Shown here: positions 38,700 to 51,332 of the stretch, one piece after another
How positions within the stretch are numbered: position 1 is the first letter of the stretch
Layout of the letters: each line of letters starts with the position of its first letter
Assembly: GCF_024521635.1 (NCBI RefSeq)
Contig: NW_026250413.1
Span: 992,001 to 1,056,000 of the forward strand
Source of the DNA: Tricharina praecox
Taxonomy: Eukaryota
DNA length: 64,000 nt
Direction of reading: 5' to 3'
Program-made: the position numbers and the translations under genes
The notes under the pieces: generated by a model
What the model was told of the DNA's origin: nothing
Seen by the model: only the letters and a program-made list of their open reading frames with translations
Databases searched by the model: none

Positions 38700-41600
38700 G
38701 CTGGGCGATGGGAGTAGGATTGTAGGATGTGTGTTGTAGAATGTGGACTTCTGAGAGGTGTAAGGAGGAAGAGAGGGCTGTAAGGCGGGTGGGGGTGGGG
38801 TTTATATTTCCCTTCCGCTTCCCCTTGAGACTCCCTATGTGCAATAGGTAGACCGGCATGGAAAGATCTAACCTTCTCCACAAGTAAGCCTACTATCAAC
38901 GGAAGGGTCGGGAATATCTGCTGATCAACCCATTCGAAGGAAGGCAGTTTGATATGGATTTATGGCCCGGAATCTCTCTCCAAGATGCCTACACTCAGAA
39001 GGAATCTTCAGGACGAGAGAGCCCAGGATCCACTTGCCGATACCACTAGACAATCTGACCGATTGTTGCAGTTTGTGCCTCGGGGTCTTTGTACATATCT
39101 CGGAAGATTCAAAGCCGTCGAGTAAAATTTGAGGTTTGACTCTGTCGATCAATCCCTCGATAGCACCTATCAAAGCAATTACCCGGAGCCTTTTGCACTC
39201 GAGCGCTCTAATAATACCCTGGGGGTTTCGGTCAGGGAGGCTTCAGGAACATCAACTCGAAGAGTTACGAACGCGTCATACCATTCATCCATAGCATATC
39301 ACTCGAGTTTCTGTCAGCCCGAAAAAATAATCCGAAAGTAGCAACCGAGATCACTCCCGCTGTTCCTCCCGCTGTTCCTGCCGCTGTTCCCTCTCCACAC
39401 CCTCCTTCATGGTATCTCCTGACGGAGAGGCAGGGGGTGAGGCGGAGTAGGGAGCGGAATTTACTTTTTCCTAGTGTTATTTCCTTTGTGCGCTCTAATC
39501 TACTTGTATCGCTGGAACAGGCCAGGGTGGAGGGCCGAGGAAGCCACATCGGGCTGCTTGACGAAAGTTGAGTTGAACAGTGGACAGTGGGCATGGAAAC
39601 GGAGTTTGTGTATATTGCTTTGATCTAGCTGGGTCGCATGCAATCAATGATTAAGTGTCTCAGGCCGTCTACAGAATTCCAGAATTATACACGATTCGGC
39701 TTAACCTTCGAGCAGGGAGAGACGGGAACTGGCCTGAAGATTGTAGGCTGCTACATGCTGCGATTGATCATTGATGGATGACGACAGTGCAGTCGGCCTG
39801 GTTCCAACCTCCAACCTCCAAACTCAAAGTTCAAACCGCCAGATAATCAAATACCTATGAGGATAGAATCTTCTAATTTACTCTATGCTGGCTGGATGTA
39901 CAACTAAGACGGACTGCTTCCATATAGGTAGTTAGTACCTACCGGCAACATGGAGTACAAAGAAGTGGAGGGATACTCCGAGTCCCACTCGCTTTACCCC
40001 TCGGTCTGTCAAATCTCACCCCAACTAAATCGTCTCAACTTCAGATGTTCCAAGTTTCATGCTCTAGGTACTTATCCCGCTTTCGTCAGAATTTACAATC
40101 CTGACCTTGGAAGCAGCATGGCCGTTAGGAGACTTCGCTCCATTACGGGGGGGGCTCATTCCGAGGGTCCGGACCATGACGAGATCGAGGAGACGGTCCT
40201 GGACGATGATACGCCGTATGAGATGCTTGTAGAGCTTGCACAACAGCAGTCTAGGGTAGGTAGGAGTCCTCTGCTTTGACAGTGAGCCGTGGTGAATAAA
40301 CATTTTGATTCTGCTAGTCACGTAAGTGGAGGACCGTCATTTATTGCGACGCAAGAGCTATAATGGGCTGTGTTGGGTTGGATTTAGGTATCCGAGCTTG
40401 AGTCGCTAGTCGCCGATGCGAGTTATCAACTGTGAATATTGGTGGGCAGAGTGCTTATTTGTGTATAGTAGACCTAAGAAACACCAAAATCCTGATGTAA
40501 AGCGGCCAGAGAAGGAGGGCAATTGAAGCAGCCAATACAATTGAGGTGTGCCCAGCCAGCCAGCGCTGGACTGTAGAAAACCTCCCAACATTTGAACTTA
40601 GATGGGTATCCACCTTGCACGAATACATATGCCTTGAACCAGTCTTCTCTGCGGAGTCATTTCGCCCAAGGAATAACTAAACCGCTATGATACCACGGCA
40701 TACATACAATCTGAACACTCCATTCTCTCTGCTCTATTGCTACGGTATTTGGGCGGGATACCTAGGTTACATTTCCCAGAAACCGTATCTTTGCCATCTT
40801 CAATAATTTCAGCATCATCTTGCTGGCCATCCGCTCTCCACTTTCCTCTGATCCATCGCAGGAATCAGACGAATTCTAGGTAGTTGAGAGGAAGTATCCA
40901 ATGCTGCCGTATTCCCTAACGACGTCCCCAACCCGCACGGACTCGTCAGACTCTCGATCACCGGCTCTGTATCGTTCCGGCCGGAACTTGGAAACTATTT
41001 CTAGTGCGACTATCTCCTCCTCTAGCGAATAATTCCTCTCGAGCTACCTATCTGAGGCTATCGGATGCAGCTAGTCGGCCAAGACCAACACCATGAAGAA
41101 GGGTCCACCCCCAGTCCCCAGTCCCCAGTACTCCATGTACCGCTGGAACCTCCGGGAGTGATCACAGACAGCACGCCTGGGGCTGGCAGCTGGCGCAGTG
41201 CTGATCCAAGGATGCGTCGCTCGGCTCGGCTCTGTTCATCCGAGAGCGGCCGCTGAGGCGTAACCCGAGAAAGTTACTAGATCCCGCTTCCGTCTGTCGG
41301 GGGAGCGGCGCGGCGCGGTGGTGGTGTTTCATTGACGGCCCGCTTCTAGTCGGGCCCGGCCGAGGGTCCTGGAAAGATCGGAGTATGTAAGCGTTGGCGA
41401 TGTTGATTGGGGAGAAGCTCCAATCCAAGTCTTCTTCGTGGGATTTTGCAATGTAACCGATAGCGGCCGGCACCTTGGAGGCGGGATATGGAAACTTTTA
41501 CTTGCAGTGACACTGCAACCGTTCGCAGCCTCCGGGAGATGTATCAGCAAAACGATGTACACGCCTAATCTTGTACGTTGAGGATCCTGCCGAATTCGAT

Positions 41601-42749
41601 TACGGAACCGCCTGCTCTCCTTTGCTCGGACGTCTACCGTCGACCCACGTCCCCCTTTGGCGGCCCCGGATCGGTGATCAGAACTATCATATCTACCACA
41701 GCGTTAGCTGTCACCATGATAATCCCAATGGTGCTTTTACAGCTGGATAGCAGCTTAACTACCGGACCAGTCTCGCTGCATACGTCGTAGAAACATGGAT
41801 GTGATTGGAGGAAGGCAAGGAATCGCCAAACAGAAGGCCACTGTCCTCCTGCTCTCCGAGGTCTTTTCGGAAAGGCTACATTGCAGCTCGTAGACAATGC
41901 GATATCTCCAGCCAGACAGGGTCGTGGAGAGTGGTGGTGAAGAGGGGAGGAATTTCTTTGATGGATGAGGTGAATGACTGCGGTAGATATTCTATGGAAG
42001 GTACAGTAGACAATGTGGTGGTACTACCCTCTCTTTGCGAAAACGGTAGTGACGTGGTACTATGACACGGTCAAAGTATGTACGGTAGGTACGTGTTTTT
42101 GATGCCGATACGATACCAATATTCGTCCAGAGCAAGTTTGAGTACAAAGTCGAAAGTATGGACTCGGGCCGCATTCCCCACCAACAGACCGGCTATGTTG
42201 ACAAAACTATCTCCTGGTCACCGAATCAAGTCAAGAATATTGGGGTGCACAGCAGCATATCTAACCGTTGAGCTCTGGAGGTCTCACTTGATCATGGTGT
42301 TGAACTACAAATTCTCCTCAGATGGGAGGCGGTTGAAAAAGGCGGCTTGGCAGGGACAATCAACAAGGCCGTCTTTGCTCTGCGGAACGTCCGCGCTGCG
42401 AGGGAACCTGTGTCTCTAATAGTCTATGATCTTTAAGTGGGATTTCAGACATAAGGTAAAAGGAGTGGTTATTCTATATGTGGCAGGTAGGGTTATCTAT
42501 CACGATTCACCAGCGTTGTCCCGGTCTTAGGCCCAATTGCAAGCGGGACTTTGCATACAGACGAGTGCATACAAACGAGTGCGTACATAGAGCACATTAG
42601 GTACATAGCCGGCCGTGAGTGTCCGTACTTTTATGCTTTCACGAACGTCCAGTCCAAGTCCAGCCTTACCTATCCAGTCGCTACATATCTGCGGCAACAC
42701 AAGTCCACTTCGAGCACATCCTACCTTATAGGCGGACGATCCCACTGTC

Positions 42750-42755
42750 CACGTG
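42750..42755. promoter_or_regulatory. CACGTG Pho4/NUC-1-type site ~280 bp upstream of VTC2/3
   Basis: The motif is present. VTC genes are established PHO-regulon targets, but a single 6-mer can occur by chance. Confidence 0.45.
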
Positions 42756-43035
42756 CATCCACGCCGGGTGAACTGTGATTTGCCGAGATTTTTCGTATCG
42801 CATCCATCCATCAAGACCGTCCCGTCCCAACCATATCGTCATCCCTCCCAGCCCAATATCTAGTTAATCCACAACACCAGCCACCCCAATACTTGCATCC
42901 ACGGCCGCGAAAAAAAGAACTCCTCCACCCTCCCACCTCCCGCCTCCTCCCCAATTCCTCACGAGTTACGACCAACGAGCAGATACACACACACACAGAC
43001 ACACGGAGAAGACAGGAAGATAGCGACCCTCCAAA

Positions 43036-45655
43036 ATGCGTTTCGGCAAAACCCTGCAGTCGTCCGTGTACCCGCCGTGGCGCGACCACTACATAGACTA
43101 CAGCAAGCTCAAGCAGCTTTTGCGCGAAGTCTCGGACAGCGACGAGTCGGCGGGCTCCGGCGGCGTCGGGGGCGACGAGCGCGAGTGGACCGACGAGGAC
43201 GAGTCGCGCTTCGTCGACGAGCTGATCAATGTGCAGCTCGAGAAGGTGCACCGGTTCCAGCGGGAAATGAATACCGCGCTTAATGAGCGCACGGCGAGGT
43301 GTGAGCAGCGCCTCGAGAAGTTCGTGGGAGGCGGCGACGGTGAGGAGAGAAGAAAGGAGGCCCTCGAGATCAGTCTTAAGGAGCTGGATGGCATCACGAA
43401 AGATATCAATGAGCTGGAGAGGTTCTCGAGAATTAATTTCACGGGGTTTTTGAAGGCCGCGAAGAAGCATGATCGGAGATCGAGAGGCGCGGGATCCGGC
43501 GCGAAAGGGAAGGGCAAGGCTGGGGATCCGAAGGTGAAGCCGTTGTTGCAGGTGCGGCTGAGCCATCTGGAATTCAATAAGGAGGATTACAGTCCCCTGC
43601 TCTACAGGTGTGTTCCGTGTGGATTGAGGGGGGTGGATTGGGATGAATTGTGGGGCTGATAAGTGAACAGGCTATCGACCATGTATGATTTCGTCCGGCG
43701 CTCGCTCAACGAGGAGCAAGTCGAGGGCTTCGAGCAGAATTCATCGCCGCATCCGGGGAATAATCCCAACAACAAGAAGTATACGTCGCTCAAATTCTGG
43801 GTGCACCCCGACAACATCATCGAAGTCAAGACCTTCATCCTGCGGCGGCTGCCAGTGCTGGTGTACAATCCGCAGCGCTCGAAGGAACTGGAAACCAATG
43901 GCAAGGACCCGACCATTACGTCGCTCTACTTCGATAATCCCAGGTTCCAGCTGTACACCGATAAGGTGTTGAAGACTAACGATGCTTCTTCGCTGCGTTT
44001 GCGGTGGTACGGACAGCTCGCCGAGGCGTCGGAGATCTTCTTGGAGCGAAAGACTATCCGCAATGGTGCCGATGACTCCGAGGGTGCCATCGAGGAGAGG
44101 ATCGCGCTCAAGGAGAAGTATGTCAATGACTTCCTTAAGGGCGAATACTCGCTCGAGAAGAAGGTGCAGAAGCTCAAGGACCGAAATGCCGACGAAGAGG
44201 CAGAGAAGTACCGCAGTCTGGTCTGCAGCATCCAGAACCAGATCCAGGACTACGATCTGCAGCCCGTGCTCAGAGCATCATACACGCGCACAGCGTTTCA
44301 GATCCCCGGCGACGATCGCATCAGAGTCAGTCTTGACACGGAGCTGGCGTTGATTCGCGAGGATGCCCTGGACAGCAATCGGCCGTGCAGGGAACCGGAC
44401 AACTGGCACCGTCGCGACATCGACGAGGCAAGGATGGACTACCCATTCTCGAGCCTTAGAACGGGCGAAATATCGCGATTCGGATACGCCCTGCTCGAGA
44501 TCAAGCTGCGCGAGAGCGAATTGCACAAGCGCACGAACGAGTGGGTGCAGGAACTCATTTCTTCGCATCTTGTCCACGCGGCACCTAGGTTCTCGAAGTT
44601 TTTGCATGGAGTTGCTGTCCTGTTCGATGACTACGTCAACAGTTTTCCGTTCTGGCTCGGAGAGATGGAGGAGGATATCCGGAAGGACCCCCGAAAGGCC
44701 TGGGATGCCGAGCAGGAGCGCAAGAAAAAGCAGATTGAGGCCGAGACTGCCGTTGGCAGTTTCCGTACCACTGTGCGCGACTTCGGTGGCAGAGGTGCGA
44801 CGCCTCCGGCTGGCGGCCACAGTTACAAAGCCACTCCGCCCCAGGCTTCGGGGACACCCGATAGATTCCCCAAGACGGCTCCTCAGGGTTCTTACGATAC
44901 CAGGATGTTGCCCAGTGAGGATGTAGTCGAGGTGGCCGAAGAGGACGAAGAGGACCACGACGATAACGAGGACTCGGATGAAGAAGACGAGGAGGAAGCG
45001 CCTCGCGATTCGACCACCACGCTCGATGGCCTGCGTCAACTGTTCCCCTCGTTCTCGTCATCCCGGTACGGTCGCGCGCACTCTGGCCGCCGAGACGTGG
45101 TCCTGCCCGCTGGCGTGCACAAGCCGCAGCAATTGCTCATGTATTCCGGCGAGGTCAAGGTGGAGGCCAAGGTATGGTTGGCGAACCAACGCACGTTCAT
45201 CAAGTGGATGCACATTGTTGTCCTGCTCGCGTCGCTCAGTGTTGCGCTCTCCAACGCCGCAGAAGCGGACAACACCACGGCGAAGTACATCTCCATGGCC
45301 TACACGGCCATCGCGCTCTTTGCTGGTGTGTGGGGGTGGGCCATGTACATGTGGAGGAGCACGTTGATTCGCCAACGGAGCGGGAGGGATTTCGATAGTG
45401 TTTTTGGACCCGTGGTTGTGTGCATTGCGCTTGCGGTTGCGCTGGTCGCCAATTTCGTCTTCAAGGTATGTCCATGTCTTTTCGGGGATTTTTTCCGTTC
45501 CTTTTTTTTTCTTGCATGCGGACACTCACTGACTGATGGGTAAATAGTACCAAGCGGTTGCGAGGAAATCTCGTGGCGGCGATGTTCATGGGAATGAAAC
45601 GATTGGGTATGGCATGGACGATGACTTGATGATGATGATGGGACAGGAGTTGTGA
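43036..45655 (+). CDS. VTC2: Vacuolar transporter chaperone (polyphosphate polymerase complex) subunit Vtc2/Vtc3: SPX + VTC + DUF202 TM domains; exons 43036-43607, 43671-45465, 45548-45655
   Basis: SPX start MRFGKTL..W..YIDYSKLK..INFTGFLKAAKKHDR. VTC domain KFWVHPDN..EVKTFILRRLPVLVY..SLRLRWYG..YTRTAFQIPGDDRIR..FSKFLHG. C-terminal VKVEAKVWLANQRTFIKW is followed by three TM helices. Confidence 0.93.
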
Positions 45656-46521
45656 AGTGTTTTTGAGGACGACGAATTAGTTTTAGCAGGTGGTGGGAAT
45701 GGGGTTGGCACGACACATGGCGGACAGTGTATTGTATCCGAGGATGTGCGGTGGCATTTGAAATTGAACTGGCCCATTGTGATGGCGATGATGATCGCGA
45801 TGAAGCAATTGGGCTTTGGTGATGCTTTCCGCTTGCTGCCTACGTGGAACCGGCGCATCCAGGCTGTTTGTCCAGCACACACACATGGCTGGCAGAGGAC
45901 CACCAGCGGCCGGCACAGCTCGCCTTTCTCGCGTCCTATGTACCAACCATTCTTCTTCCAGCAGCACCTCCCAAGTTCCAACTCCCCTGCTAATTCTCCT
46001 TCGCAGCCAGCCCCATCGATTTTTTCCGTCTTCTTTCGGCTTACCCGATCGTTCAGGTCTGCCTTTGCCGCGGCCCTGCGAAAAGGCCTAGCATCCAGCA
46101 CCCTGTCCGCCGGACGCCTCGCCAATCAGCTCGGGAGACGAGTGGCCGTGCGTTGCGCTGCGGCGCAAACTAACTAAACCTTGGCTTCCCCTCTTCTTCT
46201 CTTCTCTTCTTCTTCATCTTCTCGCCTCCCTCTTCACCTAGGGAGAATCCAGTGCAACACAACCAACCCCAGAAAAACGTGTCGACTGCAGATGATACTA
46301 TGCCTACAGCGACGACGACGACTGCGACAGTGCGCCTCTGACTCCCTTTCACCCTCCGTCCCTCATATGTCTCGCGGCACTTCCCACCACTCCGCACCCC
46401 GCCGCCGACCCGCGAACGCCGCAGAACAGCTGTCTCGTCCGCCATAACATAGTCACGTCTCCCCCACACACGTCCTCTCCACCGCCACCGAACCCACGAA
46501 ACCCATCGAACCCTATAAATA

Positions 46522-47415
46522 ATGGCATCATCTTCTTCACCGCCCTCCCCCAGCGTCAGCGCAAAAAGCAGCAAAAGCAGCAATAGCACAAAAAAGCCCT
46601 CGCCCACCTCCACCTCCACCTCTACCACCGCCGTCGCCCCGCCCGCCTTTCGCACTCCCGACGAATCCCGCAAACGCGGCTCGCCATGCTGTGGTGCCAG
46701 CAGCAGCCCGACCACCGCGGTCGCAAGCACCGCCACATCCCCTCCCGGCTCGCCCCCCAAGCGCCGGCGCCGCCACCAAGACGGGAACATCAAGGTGCTC
46801 CCCAAGCTCTACCAGACCACACAGTCGGCGGACCTGGTGATTTTGATCTCGGACATGCTGCAGGAGCTGGTGGGGCTCAACGATCGGATTCCGCTCAGTG
46901 GCGCCGGGTTGACTAGGTTTCATTCGCGGTATGTTTGTTTGTCTGTGTGTGTGTGTGCGGGGCATGCTGCGGCTGGTGGCGCAAGGGTGTGTGGCTGATG
47001 TGGGTGTTGTGCGTGGGATAGCGCTCCGCCGACCATAAGCATCACGGACTACCTCCAACGCCTCTCCATTCACGCGTCCCTGCAGCAGTCCATCCTCTTG
47101 AGCATGGTTTACTACATCGACATCCTGTCCACGCACTACCCGCCTTTTGTCGTGTCCAGCCTCACCGTACATCGCTTCCTCATCACCGCGGCAACAGTCG
47201 CCAGCAAGGGCCTCTGCGACACGTTTCTCACAAACAGTTTCTACGCTAGAGTCGGAGGAATCAGTCTTGTGGAACTGAACATGTTGGAGCTCGAGTTTTT
47301 GGTAAGAGTCGGCTGGAGGATCGTGCCCAAGCCGGAAGTGCTGGAGGAATATTACAGGAGCTTGGTGATGCGCATGGGAGGGAGATATAGGGTCGAGGAC
47401 GACGAAGGGGGCTAG
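46522..47415 (+). CDS. PHO80: Pho80-like cyclin (Neurospora PREG orthologue); exons 46522-46928, 47022-47415
   Basis: DLVILISDMLQELVGLND..LTRFHSR|APPTISITDYLQRL..SMVYYID..SSLTVHRFLITAATVASKGLCD.F.TN..YARVGGIS..ELNMLELEFL..GWRIVP is the Pho80/PREG cyclin fold. Confidence 0.92.
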
Positions 47416-47512
47416 TAAGAGAGGGAGGGGGAGGGGAGGGAGGGGAGGGGGGCACAGCGACTGTAATATAGGCAGCGCAATGCAGTAAATACTTTTGTTT
47501 GTTTATGTTATT

Positions 47513-47613
47513 GGAAGATGGGTAGAGTTGTTTATCCCGATGGGCGATGAGCGCGGACGGAAGATGGGTAGAGTTGTTTATCCCGATGGGCGATGAGCGC
47601 GGACGGAAGATGG
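47513..47613. repeat. Perfect 46-bp tandem duplication downstream of PHO80
   Basis: GGAAGATGGGTAGAGTTGTTTATCCCGATGGGCGATGAGCGCGGAC at 47513 and 47559, followed by a 9-bp GGAAGATGG. Confidence 0.95.
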
Positions 47614-50600
47614 TACAAGAGTCTCAATGCAATGGCCTCAAGTGTCGTTGGACAAAACTACAAAAGCTACAGCTTCGGCTCGAGATCGGGTGTTCTAGAT
47701 CCCGTGTGAGTGAGTGATCAATCGGACCAAACAACCGGCCGACAGAGTTCAATCCACACTGCGCAATAGATCCCCACTGGAGTCTCTGAGGGGCAGCGGC
47801 GGGTTATGGCCACCGATAAGTTCCCACGGCACTTTGTCCCACCCCGCCCCGCCTCGCCCCGCCCCCGCCCCCACAGAGTGCATATATTGGCCCATTGCCG
47901 AGAACAGCATCGGCACGTGGGGGCCAGCAATGCCATAGGTTGTAGGATGGATATGTATGATAGGATGGATATGTGGGATGGCGATCGTTGACCTTGAACT
48001 TTGAAGCGCCATGATCTACTGCCTATCGCGAGTGTGAACGGAGGCGGCTTCCCGTCGTGGAGAGGGAGGTGGCGGTGGTGCTGCTGCTGCTGGTGTGGGG
48101 AGCGGAGTGGAGGTTTGCGAACTGGAGACCTGGAGTGCTACATACCGTAGCTACCGTACCTACTCCAGGTGCTCTGGGGTGCCTGCTTAACCTACGGTAC
48201 CATCATAATTTGAAGGTCTGGGGGAAAGGCAAAAGGATGTTATTCTTAATGTAGGACCGGGAAGGACGTACCGGTAAGGATGTAGATGCCGGTACTATGG
48301 TAGGGTTTAGGTTCTTGGAGTTGGACTTGGACTTGGACTTGCGATATATCCACTGTAGATCATGGCAATACGGTACACACGGCTTCCATGCCCACTGTCC
48401 ACTGTCCACTGTCCACTGTCCACTGTCCACTGCCCAACCCGACCGGGATCAAGCGGCCCGAATCGATGTGGCTTTTTCTACCCTCCACCCTCCGTCGTGG
48501 ACTTTCCCGAAGAAATCTATTCCCGAAGATATGATACATGTAGAGTAGAGTAGAGGGTACCAAGGAAATAGATAAAGCTGCCTAGGAAAACGAAATAGCC
48601 TTGTCCCCAGCCTCTGGAGTCTTCACCAGAGGATTCCATGAAGGAGGAGGGTGTGCACTGTGCACTGTGGGGAGGAACAGCCGGGGTAGTTGTGTAACCC
48701 CAGCTGCTCAAAGTCAACACCCACATCAGTGGTGGCGAGAAAGTACCTAAGTACAGAATGGTCGCAGACGTCACAGTCCTTGAAGCGATCCTTGCTCTTG
48801 CCCCTCCCCTCCCCGTCTCCAGTCGCACCTCTACCCACCTCTACTCACAGGATCTGCGGCTTGCTCTTCCGCTAGCTCTTCCGTCCAGAATCTGGGGCAG
48901 CACTTGGAACCGGTCTTGGAACCGGCCTTGGAAGGGTGGTGGCGTACAGTAGCACTGTAGCGAGGTGATTATTCGTGATGCTTGGAGAAGCAGGCATGGA
49001 TGGTCACTCGTATTAATGGATTGCGTCTTCGAGACAGCGACGTTTTGCCCTCAGGATAACCAAGACTACCCTGCGGGTGTTTAGGTATTCGAGGTTAGAA
49101 GTAGCATCGTCACAATATCCACTGCAACGAACCGTATGCACGTGGAGTACCGATACTAGGCGGGAGCCCGTGTACCATAGCGGAGCACCGAAGCTCGCTC
49201 GCATACATACCTAGCCAAGCGGCGAAGAGTCATCGCACCGACCCGGACCTCAGTACTCCACATTCATCGCCGTCGTGCACGTGAGTCTTGAGTCTTAGTG
49301 GCGTGACCCCCATCAACACATCACGCAACGACACGCCGGATCACTCGTTTCGACGCTTTCGACGGAAGACTCCAGAACCTGCTGGAATCGCCCGCGACCC
49401 TAAAAACACGGGTGGCGAGAATGACTCACGCGGATGGTTGGGCCAGGTCTAGAGCCCACTTAAACGTCACGAGCTGAACTGGGCTGTAACTTGTTGGGAG
49501 TGAGTGGAATGAGGGGGGGTGGATGGCTGCCGTGAAACGGTGACGGGATCGGATGTGGGATGTGGGATGCTGGAAGGTTCGGGGTTTGACCTGCGCTGGT
49601 ACTTGGGTGGCGGTATATGTGTTTAGATGTCGGTAGAGCAGAACCTGGGGAGGAACGGGTTTGAAGCGGAGGCGGTGGAGACATTGAGGCTCCACCTCTG
49701 AGCGGCGTGCGCTGGTAGCTACTCGATAGGTAGAGCTTTCTGGCGGTAATTGTCTGCACTGGGTTTTCTTACACGACAGTGAAGCTATTGCTAGGTAGTT
49801 GAGTGCACCTAGTAGTGGTTTTATCAGATTCGTGTTGATGAGGAACGAGCACCGAGCAACGAGTAGTTCGATTGCCACTGGAAAACCTGGTGATGTTGGT
49901 TTTAATTACTTTGTTTGCTTCCATAGACACTTGGAACTCGGCTCCGTCATTTGGCTCTAGGCTCAACGAGCGACAGGACATATGAAGGTTTATACGATGA
50001 GTACAGACAAACTCCAGTATTCCAAGCGCGGAAGCCGACTCTAAGCGCAATAAACGCGCGATCACAGGGGCTACCCGTCCAATACCCGCGCAAAACCCGA
50101 AATAGTGGACCAAATGCACGAAGCCACTCGCCCTGCCATCCCGAAGCCGGTATCCAGCCATTGGTGATCTGGATGCATTTCGCGATTTTCCGCTCCGAGT
50201 CACGCCTCGTGGAGCGGGCACTCAGTCGGGGAGGGTCCGGGGGTTTAGTGTGGGGGAGATAGCGCGGAAGCTTACCAACAATAACGACCACACTTGCCAA
50301 CTCCCCAGTAAATATCCGATCGCAATTGGCCACTGTTTTATCTGACCACTGAGCTTTACCGGACGGGGGGTTGCCTTTCAAGCTGCCGGAACCTGTGTAC
50401 CGTTTCGGGTTGGGGTCGAGCCGCCAAAGCGGGTGCGTTCTCTCCGTCCGTATTCGTTGGCCTGTATTTGGTTGGAGGCCCTCGTAAAACATAAGGCGAA
50501 TATATGCCCAATATCTGTGTGGCTCGTCGCAGCCAACGACCCAGCTGGCTCGTGATATCGATCGGACTCGATTCGTTCGATTCCCGCCTTTACATAGGGG

Positions 50601-51332
50601 ATATGTGGTGCTGGTGGTGTCATGGGTTCGCTTCTTTGACCCGATGGCCTTCCTTCCATCCCTCCGCCAGAGCTGCAAAGGGGCTTCTCGATCGTGCTGG
50701 CCTGCCGCTTCTTATCGTTCCTCCCTTTCTTCGTCCCGGCAACGCTTTGGGTGATGGTCTGTGCAGATATATGCATGCCTGGTGGGCCTGGCGGGCCTGC
50801 TTGTCTGCATCAGGTGGCAGAATGCGCGCTTTGCGTTAGACGTCGACGATGGAGATGTGCTCGGATGAGATGGAGACCCTTTTCCTCGCCGCCCGCAATT
50901 CGGATATTCGAATGACAAATTCGGAGCTCCCCCCAGCACTCGCCGCCCTGCCCCCCCCGATCGGGCAATCGTCTTCCCTGGTTGGCCCGCCCTCGCTGAG
51001 TCGTCCGCCCCCGCCAAGGCTTTCCTCTTTGGCGGTGCTGCCACTCCCGGTTAGCCCCCCTCGCACGGCCCACCCCCTGCGTGCTCTGACAAAGTAAATG
51101 TCTCTGGCGTCGTCGGCACCACGCAAAAAAAAACAACACACACCTACCCTACTTCTTTAAACCAAAGCGTCCCTTCCCGTTCTTCTTCCCTCCACGCGGT
51201 GGTTGCTTCTCCCTTTCTTCTCCCTTCTCTTCCACAACAACCCCCCCAACACTTCACGACAGTCAACGAGTCCATCCTCCATCTCCACACATCTTCTTAT
51301 TACCATCCAACCATCACCTTACATCTTTAATC

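Noticed and set aside
47513-47613. CRISPR-like direct repeats (also 24807-24885, 16558-16638)
   Set aside because: Repeats are contiguous with no spacers, there are no cas genes, and the context is eukaryotic.
49426-50839. Several overlapping 100-240-aa ORFs upstream of alpha-tubulin
   Set aside because: Mostly non-ATG starts, random-looking composition and no recognisable family.
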